Counted from the stretch's first letter, positions 50,444 to 60,885 are shown. The stretch is DNA of 64,000 nucleotides from an uncultured Candidatus Saccharibacteria bacterium (GCA_964429815.1 CAYSCM010000001.1:160001-224000), one strand, 5' to 3'. The notes: generated by a model from the letters alone, not told the origin. Made by a program: numbers and translations.

Positions 50444-53134
50444 TTATTTCAAATAGGGCAGTCGCGAAGCGATGATGTCGAGTCGAGAAATCTGTTCAGG
50501 GGAGAGATGTTGCGCCTGGGAAAGAAATTTCCCAAATAGCGAAGGGTCTTTCAAAATCCCGGCATAGTTTATGGTGCCGCCGATATTGGCACCTTGGTTG
50601 ATGCCCTTCAAAACTTCCTCTGGCTTCAATCCCCACCTTGCGAGCTGTTCGAAGTTGCCGCTATCGAGAGCTCCTTTCACCGTCTTGCTTAGACCGTCCG
50701 CGATGTACATACGCTGGCCGGGAGAGAGGTCGAGACTATCGAGATCGGGATGCCCATGCATCGTTTTTGCGAGCGTACTCCAAAGACTGTCTCCTCGCTC
50801 GATGGTAACTCCTCCATAGATCGGATTTTCTGGAGCCGCAGGAACCTCGCCAGGGTGGGCCGGTACGCTGGGCGCTTCTGGGTGGTACGGTGGCGTTGGG
50901 GGTGATGTATCTGGATTGGCTAATGAGGATTGATCGAGCTGATGCTGCGCTTCGTTGAAACCTTCGGGAGCCGATGGGGAACCTGGTGCGATCGAACCAA
51001 CTCCTAGATCGGTCAGTGCCGCCATCGCGCCGGCTCCCCCTGCAGTGGAAACGGCACGAATTATTTTTTCATTTCGCTCGACACGTGCGGTTCTTCTTTC
51101 TATTTCCTTAAGGAGATAGTCCTTCTCGGCGATCGGAGCGCCCTGGAGAGCGAACTTAAGCTTGGCGATTTCCTGTTTTTCCTTTTCGGCACGATTTTGC
51201 CAGGCGCTATAGGAGTGCGCGGCGAATTCTCCCAAAAATCTACCACCAGCAGCTCCGAGAAGAGCACGCCCGACCAATATCGCGCCTCCAGTTAGTGATG
51301 CTCCGCCGCCAGCCGCAAGTATCGTCGCACCCGCAGCAGCCTTTGCGTAGCGATTTTGCCTCCCATACCAACTCGCCATCTTTCTAAACGCACCTGCACG
51401 TCGCGAAGGTAGAGCGGCAGCGCGTTCCTCGGCAAGTTTACGTGACTCTAGAAGTACAAGTTGTTGCACGAGGCGGCCCTCGTAGCGGCGTTTAAATATT
51501 TCCTCTGCTTCGGCCGCAGTTCTCCTTCCCGGGCCCCGATTTTTCTCAATTTTTTTCCAAAATTGCCACCAGCTTTTGTTTTCCTCCTGTCCTTGTTCGA
51601 AGGCCGCCTGGTTTGCGACAGCAGCTTTACGCAGCTTGCTCTTACGAAAATGTTCGTCAGCTTCCGCTCGGAGCCGCATAAGCATTTCTTGTCGCACGGC
51701 TTCGTGTTGATGGCGCGCCGCCGCTAACGTTTCGGGCTCCCCTCGGCTTCGCAAACCCACAAATTCAAGGGTTTTGCTAAGTCTCCCACGAGAGTTATAC
51801 CGCACCTCTTCCTGGGCAAGTTTTTTGCGTGCCTGTACGAGATGCGCCGCTCTCTCCTGGCCAAGGTATCTCTCAAGCAAATCCTCTTCCTTCACGGGGG
51901 CTCTTTCTCGAAGTTTTGCACGGGGTTCATCAGGGAGACGATCGGTAAGTTCCAAAACGTCTTCCTGTTCGCGTCGCGCCTTCTCCTCCTTTTCAAAATC
52001 AGGACGAAATTGTTCTGCGAGAACGAGCGCCTCAGCTTTCGTTGCTCGAGTATCAGCGTCTTGTGCGCGAAGTTTCTCTCGGGCCGCCTCCGCCGCAGCT
52101 CCTGCCTCGGAACTTAGCGGCGAGACTTTTTCAGCTTTGAGTTTTCGCAGATAGCGCTGGGGCACGGGTACTTCATGCGGAGGTTTTTGCTCCGTGGCGG
52201 CGTTAATCCGTACCGTACGGTAAAAATCACTTCGGTTTTGAAAACGCTGCAGTTCATTTGTGTAAGCCGCGGATGGCGCTACGAATTTGTTTTCAGGGCG
52301 CAGCTCTTTTGTGGTTGAGGTCCTTGCCGTGTCTTTCTTCATAGGTACGGTATCTTCACCTCTCCACTCACCACCAACGTTTACTCGCCGGACCATCTTC
52401 GCCCCTCCATCACGTTGACGCCGGTATTCCTGACCTTCCGGCTCTTTCGCTACCATAGGCGCGTCAATCTGCGCCTCCTCGTGCGTGGTAATGGTTTCAG
52501 TACTTTCGGTTGAGACATGGCCGGGTTGGGAATCATCCACCTCTACAGCGGGAATTTCGATTTGCGGTTCCTCGTACGTGGTGATGGTGTTGCCACGCCC
52601 TATCGTTTCATTTGCTCGGACACGATCCCCAGGAGCAACCACGGTAGAGACCTTGGACGGTTTCTTCCCATCGCGTGAGCCGCGTCCGTATCTTTTTTCG
52701 AGAACTTCCTTTTGACGACGCACACTTGTTACCCATTGGTCATGGCCAATGGACTTTTGGATGTCTTTAACCTCGTCCATGTGTCGTCGGTACTTGGTGG
52801 CCACTCCTCGCGCGACTCTCCCGAGCTTCCCAAAGCGATCCCTCCCTTGAGCGGGCTTCTCTTTGGAAGTCGCTCCAACTTCAAGGTGCTCGGTTTTATC
52901 TGACCGTTTCATTTCAACAGTCGGACGAAACCGCAGTGGCGAGCGCCTAACCGTAGTTCCCTGTTCACTTTTGGGACGCCGGATACCAACGGGGATGGGA
53001 GCACCTTTTTGGTTAACCTGGGCCTCTCGATCACCCAGGGCGTTTTTGGATGGAGAGCTGGTTAGTTTGCGGGCGTTGTTGAGGGGTGACTGACCTTTTT
53101 TCCTTGAAGAAGGAAGGTTCTCAATCCTTTTCAT
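50444..53134 (-). CDS. Large hypothetical protein (896 aa): charged low-complexity N-half, Gly-rich TM segments, C-terminal LysM-like motif
   Basis: GVTIERGDSLWSTLAKTM is LysM-like. ILAAGGGASLTGGAILVGRALLGAAGG is hydrophobic. Confidence 0.45.
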   Translation of the reverse strand: MKRIENLPSSRKKGQSPLNNARKLTSSPSKNALGDREAQVNQKGAPIPVGIRRPKSEQGTTVRRSPLRFRPTVEMKRSDKTEHLEVGATSKEKPAQGRDRFGKLGRVARGVATKYRRHMDEVKDIQKSIGHDQWVTSVRRQKEVLEKRYGRGSRDGKKPSKVSTVVAPGDRVRANETIGRGNTITTYEEPQIEIPAVEVDDSQPGHVSTESTETITTHEEAQIDAPMVAKEPEGQEYRRQRDGGAKMVRRVNVGGEWRGEDTVPMKKDTARTSTTKELRPENKFVAPSAAYTNELQRFQNRSDFYRTVRINAATEQKPPHEVPVPQRYLRKLKAEKVSPLSSEAGAAAEAAREKLRAQDADTRATKAEALVLAEQFRPDFEKEEKARREQEDVLELTDRLPDEPRAKLRERAPVKEEDLLERYLGQERAAHLVQARKKLAQEEVRYNSRGRLSKTLEFVGLRSRGEPETLAAARHQHEAVRQEMLMRLRAEADEHFRKSKLRKAAVANQAAFEQGQEENKSWWQFWKKIEKNRGPGRRTAAEAEEIFKRRYEGRLVQQLVLLESRKLAEERAAALPSRRAGAFRKMASWYGRQNRYAKAAAGATILAAGGGASLTGGAILVGRALLGAAGGRFLGEFAAHSYSAWQNRAEKEKQEIAKLKFALQGAPIAEKDYLLKEIERRTARVERNEKIIRAVSTAGGAGAMAALTDLGVGSIAPGSPSAPEGFNEAQHQLDQSSLANPDTSPPTPPYHPEAPSVPAHPGEVPAAPENPIYGGVTIERGDSLWSTLAKTMHGHPDLDSLDLSPGQRMYIADGLSKTVKGALDSGNFEQLARWGLKPEEVLKGINQGANIGGTINYAGILKDPSLFGKFLSQAQHLSPEQISRLDIIASRLPYLK

Positions 53135-53507
53135 GTCGTCAGTGTATCAGAAGGGTAAATTTTGTCGGAAAATGAGCCTACGAAAGCCCTTTTTTGACAA
53201 AATATTGCTATCCACATGTAGTTTGCATGGCAGTTGACGCGCCTACCCCGGGGGCTATAGTGGGTATATACCGAACGGAAGCTAAATCCATGGCTCAACA
53301 GAGCCATTTTTTCTGAAAAGGATCGAAATTCCGCATAAAAACAGGCCTATAGCTCACGAACGCTCAAAGCTCAGGTCAAAGCTGAAAATATGGCTTAACC
53401 GGGCCAAATACCGAGTACTACGCGCACTTTTCCTTTCCGGGGTTGTCGCTTCCCTTTCCTTTACCCCGATCATTGCAAGCGCCGGCCTTCTCTCAAATCT
53501 TAGCGGT

Positions 53508-54425
53508 ATGTTGGGCACATCCGTATCTGCTGCCTCGGCCACCGCACCGAAGACTTTCTGGAATCTCCAAACCATGCCGCTTCTCCAGGCGGCTCACAAT
53601 CAGGATCTGACGCTTGCGCGCGGCGGCGGGGACATCACCATCGTCGATAATACCTCGCTTCTCCCTGAATCAGGCCCCTCGGGAACACTTGCCGACATAG
53701 AGGATGCACAATCGACCGTGATCAGCGTCTACGTCGTACGACCAGGCGACACGCTCTCCTCGATAGCCAAACTCTTTGGCGTGACCGCCAACACCATCTT
53801 CTGGGCCAACGATCTCAAGAGCATCCGCGACATCCATCCTGGGGACACCCTCGTCATTCTCCCCATTTCGGGCGTTCGCTACACGGTGAAGAAAGGTGAT
53901 ACGGTCGCCTCCGTCGCTAAAAAATTCAAAGCCGACGCCGCCGACATTATTTCCTACAACAATCTCGGCGACGGCGGGCTCACGGTGGGTGCGGACATCA
54001 TCATCCCCGACGGCGAGCTCGCAACTCCGCCAACGCCGGTAAAAGGGAATCCTTACCGTGGTGGCAGTGGCCCTCTCTACGCGGGTTACTATATTGCACC
54101 ACTTGCGCACTACATAAAGACGCAGGGCCTCCATGGCTACAACGGCGTCGACCTGGCTGCGCCCTACGGCTCCCCTGTTCTTGCCGCAGCGGGTGGCACT
54201 GTAATCATCGTCAAAGACTTTGGCTGGAACGGCGGCTACGGCAACTACATCGTCATAAGCCATCCAAACGGCACCCAGACGCTCTACGCTCATACGTCCA
54301 AAAATATCGTTTCTGTGGGCGAGAGCGTCGTTCAGGGCCAAGTAATCGGCTACGAGGGAGCGACCGGCAAGGCGACCGGGCCTCATGTCCACTTCGAGAT
54401 ACGCGGTGCGAAAAATCCGTTCTAA
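53508..54425 (+). CDS. LysM-LysM-M23 (LytM-family) peptidoglycan endopeptidase
   Basis: Two LysM motifs (YVVRPGDTLSSIAKLFGV; YTVKKGDTVASVAKKF). M23 motifs HGYNGVDLAAPYGSPV and HVHFE. Confidence 0.8.
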   Translation: MLGTSVSAASATAPKTFWNLQTMPLLQAAHNQDLTLARGGGDITIVDNTSLLPESGPSGTLADIEDAQSTVISVYVVRPGDTLSSIAKLFGVTANTIFWANDLKSIRDIHPGDTLVILPISGVRYTVKKGDTVASVAKKFKADAADIISYNNLGDGGLTVGADIIIPDGELATPPTPVKGNPYRGGSGPLYAGYYIAPLAHYIKTQGLHGYNGVDLAAPYGSPVLAAAGGTVIIVKDFGWNGGYGNYIVISHPNGTQTLYAHTSKNIVSVGESVVQGQVIGYEGATGKATGPHVHFEIRGAKNPF

Positions 54426-54459
54426 CGAAGCGGTTTCGCCCGAGCGCGAAGAATCCGCT

Positions 54460-54987
54460 CTAGAGCCGCTCTACGTCGCGAAACTCTTCCTTTCGAGTTT
54501 CAAGCTCTTCCGGGGTTTGTTCACCATAACCTTTGATCTCAAGAAGTCCTTCTGCCACGAGATTGATTGAGGCGGGCAATTTTGACTGAACAAATTCATA
54601 TACCTGCGGACGTAGTGTATCGATAATTTCTCGTCGCACCGAAAGGGGAATGGTCGCCAGGAGGCCTTTTTTGCTGAATGCCCGCATTGGCGGATCGCAG
54701 GCAAACACTATGTCGACGTCGCTTTCCTCACTCATTTCCTTCCCAAAAGCATTTCCGCCAACGACATAGAGAGCTGTCTCCTTGGTGGTGACGCCAGCTG
54801 CGGCCTCAGCGATGGTTTTAAAAAGTTCTACTACCTCTGTGCGCTGCTCAGTCAGTACGGTAAGTACAGCTTCGAGAGTCTTTTTTCGTTCCGAAATTTT
54901 TGTTGGATCGGAATCGGCCACAGCTTCTCGAGCTTGCATTCTTTCGATAAGCGACGGAGAGGGTTTTTGTGGAAAAGATTCTTTCAT
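54460..54987 (-). CDS. Nucleotidyltransferase-fold protein, hypothetical
   Basis: LYVVGGNAFGKEMSEESDVDIVF resembles the minimal nucleotidyltransferase GS...D.D motif. Confidence 0.35.
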   Translation of the reverse strand: MKESFPQKPSPSLIERMQAREAVADSDPTKISERKKTLEAVLTVLTEQRTEVVELFKTIAEAAAGVTTKETALYVVGGNAFGKEMSEESDVDIVFACDPPMRAFSKKGLLATIPLSVRREIIDTLRPQVYEFVQSKLPASINLVAEGLLEIKGYGEQTPEELETRKEEFRDVERL

Positions 54988-56528
54988 TGGATGTTTTGTT
55001 TAGGGCGGTACCGCAGTGCTTCAAGCACGTGCACATCGGCAACCTCATCAGCGCCCTCGACATCCGCGATCGTGCGGGCGATTTTTATGACACGGTGGTA
55101 GGCGCGAGGTGAAAGATCCAGCTTTTGTGCCGATTCATTGAGAAGTCCTCGGACATTCGGCGCAAGTTCGGCGAATTCCTCTAGATCTTTCACGCCCATG
55201 TCGCTGTTTTTCGAAATAGCCCTGCCCGCAAAACGCTCACGCTGACGCTCTCGAGCTTCCGCGACGATCCTCTGCGCTCGCGTCGTTTCGCCCTCGGAGC
55301 CGCGCTTTCCCGAAAGTTTTTCGTGGTCGATATGAGGCACCTCTATCCAGAGGTCAACGCGATCGATGATGGGGCCGGAAATTTTTCTGCGATAGCGCGA
55401 GAGCGCGACTGGCGTGCACAGGCAGGGCTTCCCTGAGCCGAAATTGCCGCACGGGCAGGGATTCATCGCGGCGATAAGAGTGAAGTTCGCCGGAAAACGG
55501 GCGGAGCCTTTCGCGCGGGAGATGGAAACGACACGGTCTTCGAGCGGCTGGCGCAGGGCGTCGATGACGCGCCGGTCGAATTCGGGAAACTCGTCCATGA
55601 AAAGCACGCCGCGATGGGCGAGCGTTATCTCGCCGGGTTTAGGGAACGCGCCGCCGCCCACAAGCGACACGTAGGAGGCGGTGTGATGGGGCGAGCGAAG
55701 CGGTGGCATCGTGAGAGGTTCTCCGGATAGCGTACCGGCAACCGAGTGAATGCCGGTCACCTCGAGCACTTCCGCCGAGGAGAGCGGCGGCAGGAGGCTG
55801 ACGAACGCTTTGGCGAGCATGGATTTGCCGGTCCCCGGCGGACCGTAGAGGACGACATTGTGCCCGCCCGCAGCTGCAATGATGAGCGCGCGCTTGCCGC
55901 TTTCCTGTCCGCGAATGTCTTCAAGGGCGACGAGCGGTTCTTCATTCTTCACGTCGATCGGAGTCAGTGGAGCTGGTTGTATGCGAAATGTGCTCACGTT
56001 CCCGGATCTTTCCCCCGTAAGATGTTCGATGAGTTTACCGAGGGTTTCAAGAGGGTATACTGAAATGCCTTCGATGAGAGCGGCTTCCTCGACGTTCTCT
56101 CGAGGAACATAGAGCTCCTTGATTCCCCCCTCGCGCGCAGCACGCGCCGCGGAGAGGATTCCAGTAATTTTACGTATCGAGCCGTCAAGACCAAGCTCAC
56201 CCAAAAACAGCTTTCCCGTCGGATCGAACGTTATCTCGTCAGCCGCGAGGAGATAAGAAAGTGCGATCGGTACGTCAAACGCGGGCCCCTCTTTTTTGAG
56301 ATCGGCCGGTGCGAGGGATATCGTTATCTTATGGTTTTTTGATTTTGGGGAGACGAACCCCGAATTTTTTATCGCCGCCGAAACGCGGTCCCGCGACTCC
56401 TCAACGGCTTTATCCGGGAGGCCGACGATAGTGAACGAGTGGAGACCGCGCGCGATGTCAGCTTCGACCGAGAGCAGACACGCGCCCAGAAGTTGTGGCT
56501 GGGCACTCCCGACTTTTGCGAACGACAT
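54984..56528 (-). CDS. comM: YifB/ComM-family Mg-chelatase-like AAA+ ATPase
   Basis: Lon-like N-domain, Walker A VVLYGPPGTGKSM, VLFMDEFPEF, Cys cluster MNPCPCGNFGSGKPCLC. Confidence 0.85.
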   Translation of the reverse strand: MSFAKVGSAQPQLLGACLLSVEADIARGLHSFTIVGLPDKAVEESRDRVSAAIKNSGFVSPKSKNHKITISLAPADLKKEGPAFDVPIALSYLLAADEITFDPTGKLFLGELGLDGSIRKITGILSAARAAREGGIKELYVPRENVEEAALIEGISVYPLETLGKLIEHLTGERSGNVSTFRIQPAPLTPIDVKNEEPLVALEDIRGQESGKRALIIAAAGGHNVVLYGPPGTGKSMLAKAFVSLLPPLSSAEVLEVTGIHSVAGTLSGEPLTMPPLRSPHHTASYVSLVGGGAFPKPGEITLAHRGVLFMDEFPEFDRRVIDALRQPLEDRVVSISRAKGSARFPANFTLIAAMNPCPCGNFGSGKPCLCTPVALSRYRRKISGPIIDRVDLWIEVPHIDHEKLSGKRGSEGETTRAQRIVAEARERQRERFAGRAISKNSDMGVKDLEEFAELAPNVRGLLNESAQKLDLSPRAYHRVIKIARTIADVEGADEVADVHVLEALRYRPKQNIQ

Positions 56529-56533
56529 GGAAA

Positions 56534-56905
56534 TCAGGCGTTCATGTGCTTTATGCACGTTTGCGCCGCCGGGTCGGCATCGAGGCGCTTCTCTTCGATG
56601 GGCTCTCCGGATATTTTGCAGATGCCGTAGGTACTCTGCTCAATGCGAGCGAGTGCGTCTTTTACCTCGTTGTAGCGCGTCTCGAGCTCCTTGAGAATGG
56701 CGGAATTTTCTTCGTAGCCCTCGATGCGGTCCGCCGCTTCGTTGGTATCGGCTTCGACGTCCTCCGCGAGCGGGGCGGTCGCCTCCCAGTCGGCCGGATT
56801 CTGAGGATTCTTTCGCCCGACGCCCCGGAGCTCCTCTTCGAGCTCAGTGAGCTCTTCCTCGAGACGGCTTTTGTATTTTTTCACGTCGATCATGTGCGCC
56901 ATCAT
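56534..56905 (-). CDS. DksA/TraR-family regulator (degenerate zinc finger)
   Basis: Coiled-coil N-half and C-terminal GICKISGEPIEEKRLDADPAAQTCIKH (DksA-like, only two Cys). Confidence 0.55.
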   Translation of the reverse strand: MMAHMIDVKKYKSRLEEELTELEEELRGVGRKNPQNPADWEATAPLAEDVEADTNEAADRIEGYEENSAILKELETRYNEVKDALARIEQSTYGICKISGEPIEEKRLDADPAAQTCIKHMNA

Positions 56906-56931
56906 ACCAAGAGGGCGCGGGCACGCAAACG

Positions 56932-57987
56932 CTAAAGGCGTTTGCTTTGGAGTCGAGTGAGCACCTCGGCGAAGGTGTTTTCGTTGGTCGTGATGACAAG
57001 CGTGTTTCTGTCGACGAACGAATACACGAGACGCATCTTTCCGGTCTCGTCATAAAGCGCCCGCGCGTCGTGGTTTTTTATGATTTTATCGACGAAGGCG
57101 GGATTGAACGCCGGCGTCGTCGTGCCGCTTGCGGGGTGTGAAAGGAGTTGCGGCCCGAAAAAGCCGAAAAAGTCGTTGAGAATATTTCTCTCGAATGCGA
57201 GCATTCCTGAAAATGCCCCCTCATAGTTGTCGGTTTCAAGAATGAGGAACCCCTGATTGCCGTCGAAGACATGAACCCCGAGCATAAACGGTGCGGAAAG
57301 CGTTCGTGTAAGCTCTTGCGGCGCAGAGGTGCCGAGGAGTTTTAGAAAGCTTTGCGCGTCGATAAGTTTTTTAGTCGCATCTTCCCCCTGCGTGAAGTGG
57401 ATGTCCTCAACGCTCCCGAGCCGCAAAGTGACACTATCCCTCTCAGCAACGAGACGCTGTCCGAGATTTCTTCCGAAGAGCCCCATGACGGGGATTTCGG
57501 CTTGCTTGTCGACGAATATGAGCGGCGTATAGACGAAACCCTCTGGCGCTGAGGAAGGAAGCGACGAGAAGTAGAGCCCGATACCTATCGAAAGTCCGAC
57601 GACGACGAGCACCGTCGCCACGGTAACGGTAATGCGCCTGACACGAGTATCGTGAATTTCCCGTTTCATCTCGTCGCTCAAGACCTCGGCTTCTTTGGCG
57701 CTGTGCGTGCGTTTTTCCTGCTCTGCGGCGGCGACCTGCACGGTCGATATATGCTCGGTTTTGATGATCTCAGCGAGATCATCTTTGAAGGTGCGCAATC
57801 GCGGGATGGAACCCTCCTCGGAGGGCGTCTGCATGCGGGCCGACGTTGGTATAGATGGTCCGTTCATCGGTCCACCTGTCGGGTTTTTGAGATCGGCACT
57901 ACTAAATCGCCGCTCGAATTCGCTGCTGAGCGCTGACTTTATCTTTTCATTTTCTCCCTGGGGAGATTCTTTAATGTCGTCGGCCAT
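56932..57987 (-). CDS. Membrane-anchored hypothetical protein
   Basis: One TM (ITVTVATVLVVVGLSIGIGLYF) after a charged N-terminus. Confidence 0.45.
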   Translation of the reverse strand: MADDIKESPQGENEKIKSALSSEFERRFSSADLKNPTGGPMNGPSIPTSARMQTPSEEGSIPRLRTFKDDLAEIIKTEHISTVQVAAAEQEKRTHSAKEAEVLSDEMKREIHDTRVRRITVTVATVLVVVGLSIGIGLYFSSLPSSAPEGFVYTPLIFVDKQAEIPVMGLFGRNLGQRLVAERDSVTLRLGSVEDIHFTQGEDATKKLIDAQSFLKLLGTSAPQELTRTLSAPFMLGVHVFDGNQGFLILETDNYEGAFSGMLAFERNILNDFFGFFGPQLLSHPASGTTTPAFNPAFVDKIIKNHDARALYDETGKMRLVYSFVDRNTLVITTNENTFAEVLTRLQSKRL

Positions 57988-60157
57988 TGCCGTGTGTGGG
58001 TGGGCGCGGTGAAGTGTCGGGCTCGACTCCTTTGCGCGAGGCGAACTCCGGGTCTACGTCTTTGATCGAAAGGTTGATGCGCCCCTCCCTGTCGATCTCT
58101 CGTATGACGACTGGCACTTTCTCGCCAAGCGAGAGCGCCTGCTCGACGCGGCCGATGCGGAAGGGCGCGATCTCCGAAATGTGGACGAGTCCCTCGGCCG
58201 AATCATTGAGCCTCACGAAGGCCCCAAATGTCGCGATGCGCGACACGGTGCCTTCGAAGCGCTCCCCGGCTACGTACTGCCGGGTCATATCGACAATGAT
58301 AGCAGCAGCCTTGTTTGCCGTCCCGTTTTTTCCGGTGATAAATACCGAGCCGTCGTCCTCGATGTCGATTTCTTCGACACCGGTCTTTTCCTTGATGGCC
58401 TTGATGACTTTTCCAGCCGGCCCGATGATGGAGCCGATTTGATCGGGGCGGATCTTGAGCGCGACTATCTTCGGCGCATTCGGCGAAATATCCGGCCGCG
58501 GCGCGGCGATGGCGCGCTCGATGACGTCAAGAATTTCCATGCGCGCGGTCCTAGCCTGCGCGAGCGCTTCAGAGAGAATCCGCACCGGTATCGCACCTAC
58601 CTTGATGTCGAGTTGGATGGCCGTGACGCCGCGGCGCGTGCCGGCCACCTTGAAGTCCATGTCTCCATACTCGTCCTCCGGACCCTGAATATCGGTGAGA
58701 ATTTTGTACGCTCCGTCCGTGTGGTGCTTCGGCGAGAGCATGAGTCCCATGGCGATGCCAGCAACGGGCGCTTTAATGGGCACTCCGCCATCCATGAGCG
58801 CGAGCGTGGAGGCGCAAACTGAACCCATGGACGTAGAGCCGTTGCTGGCAAGGCATTCGGAGACGAGGCGTATGGTGTAGGGAAACGTCTCCTTGGGCGG
58901 AATGACGGCTTCGAGCGCTTTTTCCGCGAGAGCGCCGTGTCCGACCGCGCGGCGATTCGCGCCTCCAACACGGCCTGTCTCGCCCGGCGCGAACGGAGGA
59001 AAGTTGTAATGGTGCATGAAGCGCTTCTGTGCCTCGCGCGCTTCCATGGAGTCGATTATCTGAGAGTCCTGCGGACCGCCGAGGGTGAGGGTCGAGAATA
59101 CGTGCGTGCCGCCGCGATAGAAGATTCCCGAACCATGGAGCATGGGCGAAAAGTCTCCAGCCTGCGCGAAGAGTTGGCGCAGCTGCCCCATACCCCTCCC
59201 GTCGGCACGCGCGGTGCGCTTCACCGCTCCCTCGTGGATGGCAAGGTCGACGCCATCATCGAAGAGGCTTGAAGCTTGTCTAATGTTCGCATCGGGAAGT
59301 TTCTCCGTGAGCGCCGCCTTCCACTCATCCTTAAGTGCGTAAATTTTTTCCTTACTTGCGGAGTTGGAGAAGACGGCCTTTTCCATCCTCGGCGCAATGA
59401 GCTCGTCGTAGAGCGCCCGCACGTCGACTGGAATCTCGGACTTTGCGAACGCACGCTTTTCCTGCCCAAGCTCGGTACGAAGTTTCTGTTGGAATTCCTG
59501 CAGCTTCTCGATTTCTTCCGATGCGCGAGTGAGGGCGGCGATGAGCACCTCCTCCGACACCTCTTGCGCACTGACCTCGATCATATTAATAGCGGCATCC
59601 TTGCCGCAGGCGAGGAGGTCGAGCTCATAGTCCCCGTGAGCGCGGCTCGCATACGAAGGATTCACTTCGAAGCTGTCACTGCCGTGCTTTTTCCCGATGC
59701 GTACCGCGCTCGCCGGTCCACTCCAGGGTATATCACTGGTGTGGAGCGCGACCGAGGCGGCGTTGATGGCCATGACGTCCGGATCGTCCTCGTCGATGGA
59801 GAGAACGGTAATGATGGCCTGCACCTCATTTCTGATGTGATGATCGAAGAGAGGCCTAATGGTGCGATCGACGACACGCCCGGAAAGGATCGCCTCCTCA
59901 GAAGGCTTCCCTTCGCGGCGTACGAAACGCGAGCCAAGAATTTGCCCGGCAGCATAAAAGCGCTCTTCGAAATCGACCGTGAGCGGAAAATGGTCGATAT
60001 CGTCGCGTGTCTTCTCCGACAGTACTGCCGTCGCGAGCACCACAGTGTTGCCGTAGCGTACAAGGACCGAGCCGTTGGCATTCTCGGCGAGGTCCGAGAA
60101 GGTGAAAGTCATGGGTTTCCCGCCTACGGCAAGCGAGTATTCTTTTTTCTGCATCAA
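57971..60157 (-). CDS. pnp: Polynucleotide phosphorylase
   Basis: Two RNase PH domains, KH and S1 domains, about 728 aa. The first codon at 60155-60157 is TTG, with ATG at 60152-60154. Confidence 0.9.
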   Translation of the reverse strand: MMQKKEYSLAVGGKPMTFTFSDLAENANGSVLVRYGNTVVLATAVLSEKTRDDIDHFPLTVDFEERFYAAGQILGSRFVRREGKPSEEAILSGRVVDRTIRPLFDHHIRNEVQAIITVLSIDEDDPDVMAINAASVALHTSDIPWSGPASAVRIGKKHGSDSFEVNPSYASRAHGDYELDLLACGKDAAINMIEVSAQEVSEEVLIAALTRASEEIEKLQEFQQKLRTELGQEKRAFAKSEIPVDVRALYDELIAPRMEKAVFSNSASKEKIYALKDEWKAALTEKLPDANIRQASSLFDDGVDLAIHEGAVKRTARADGRGMGQLRQLFAQAGDFSPMLHGSGIFYRGGTHVFSTLTLGGPQDSQIIDSMEAREAQKRFMHHYNFPPFAPGETGRVGGANRRAVGHGALAEKALEAVIPPKETFPYTIRLVSECLASNGSTSMGSVCASTLALMDGGVPIKAPVAGIAMGLMLSPKHHTDGAYKILTDIQGPEDEYGDMDFKVAGTRRGVTAIQLDIKVGAIPVRILSEALAQARTARMEILDVIERAIAAPRPDISPNAPKIVALKIRPDQIGSIIGPAGKVIKAIKEKTGVEEIDIEDDGSVFITGKNGTANKAAAIIVDMTRQYVAGERFEGTVSRIATFGAFVRLNDSAEGLVHISEIAPFRIGRVEQALSLGEKVPVVIREIDREGRINLSIKDVDPEFASRKGVEPDTSPRPPTHGNGRRH

Positions 60158-60180
60158 AGGAGTGACCTTCGGATTCCAGA

Positions 60181-60198
60181 ATTGAACCGCGGTTCAAT
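60181..60198. promoter_or_regulatory. 18-bp perfect palindrome ATTGAACCGCGGTTCAAT in the pnp leader
   Basis: Located 24-40 nt upstream of the pnp start. Possible autoregulatory or RNase III-type hairpin. Confidence 0.35.
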
Positions 60199-60345
60199 GC
60201 TGTCTATCCAAAGGCCACGGTTACGAGTAATGATCCAACAATAACAAAATGGCAAAAAAAGAAAATTCTCGAAATTGAGGGAGTTGTGGCGATACGTTGT
60301 TTTTGGTAATTTCTTTGCAGTTGGTCTCAACGAAGGAGAAATGTC

Positions 60346-60846
60346 GTGCAACATGTGCACCCCAAAAGCGGCAAGATCGTCGAAGGACTTCGTCTCGTGC
60401 CAGGCGCTGTCTTCCGGGAGGAGGATCTCTACACTTCCACATCTGGGGACTGGGAGCCATGCCCTATGGACGTCAGCGAAGGGGTAGAGCTAAAACAGAC
60501 CCCAGCTATCTGGATTCGGCCGGGGAATCTGTCCGAACCCGCGCGAACCCTCCTCGCCGTTCTCAGTGACCCAAAAGCCTTTTATTCGTGCGCGATCGAA
60601 TCGACACGAGGAACTGTGGCAGCTCCTGCTCCTCACTGGAACCACGATGGACGCTGGGACTTGCCAATAATTCTTCACCCCGAGTGCCTCCAAGAGCTCG
60701 TCGACGTCGGCTACCTGAAATTCGGCGAACATCCGATCAAGAATTGGGAATCGGATTATGCCGTGTGCCGACCGGAGGGCACCAACAAGGCCTATACGGT
60801 CACAGAAATAGGTAAGCGAAAGGGCGAAGAGCTTCGCACTACGTGA
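60346..60846 (+). CDS. Hypothetical protein
   Basis: 166-aa ORF followed by a strong terminator. No recognisable motif. Confidence 0.35.
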   Translation: MQHVHPKSGKIVEGLRLVPGAVFREEDLYTSTSGDWEPCPMDVSEGVELKQTPAIWIRPGNLSEPARTLLAVLSDPKAFYSCAIESTRGTVAAPAPHWNHDGRWDLPIILHPECLQELVDVGYLKFGEHPIKNWESDYAVCRPEGTNKAYTVTEIGKRKGEELRTT

Positions 60847-60854
60847 ACCAAAAA

Positions 60855-60885
60855 CCCGAGCAGGACTACCTGCTCGGGTTTTCTT
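60855..60885. terminator. Bidirectional Rho-independent terminator
   Basis: CCCGAGCAGGACTACCTGCTCGGG hairpin flanked by an A-tract and TTTTC. Between convergent genes. Confidence 0.6.
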
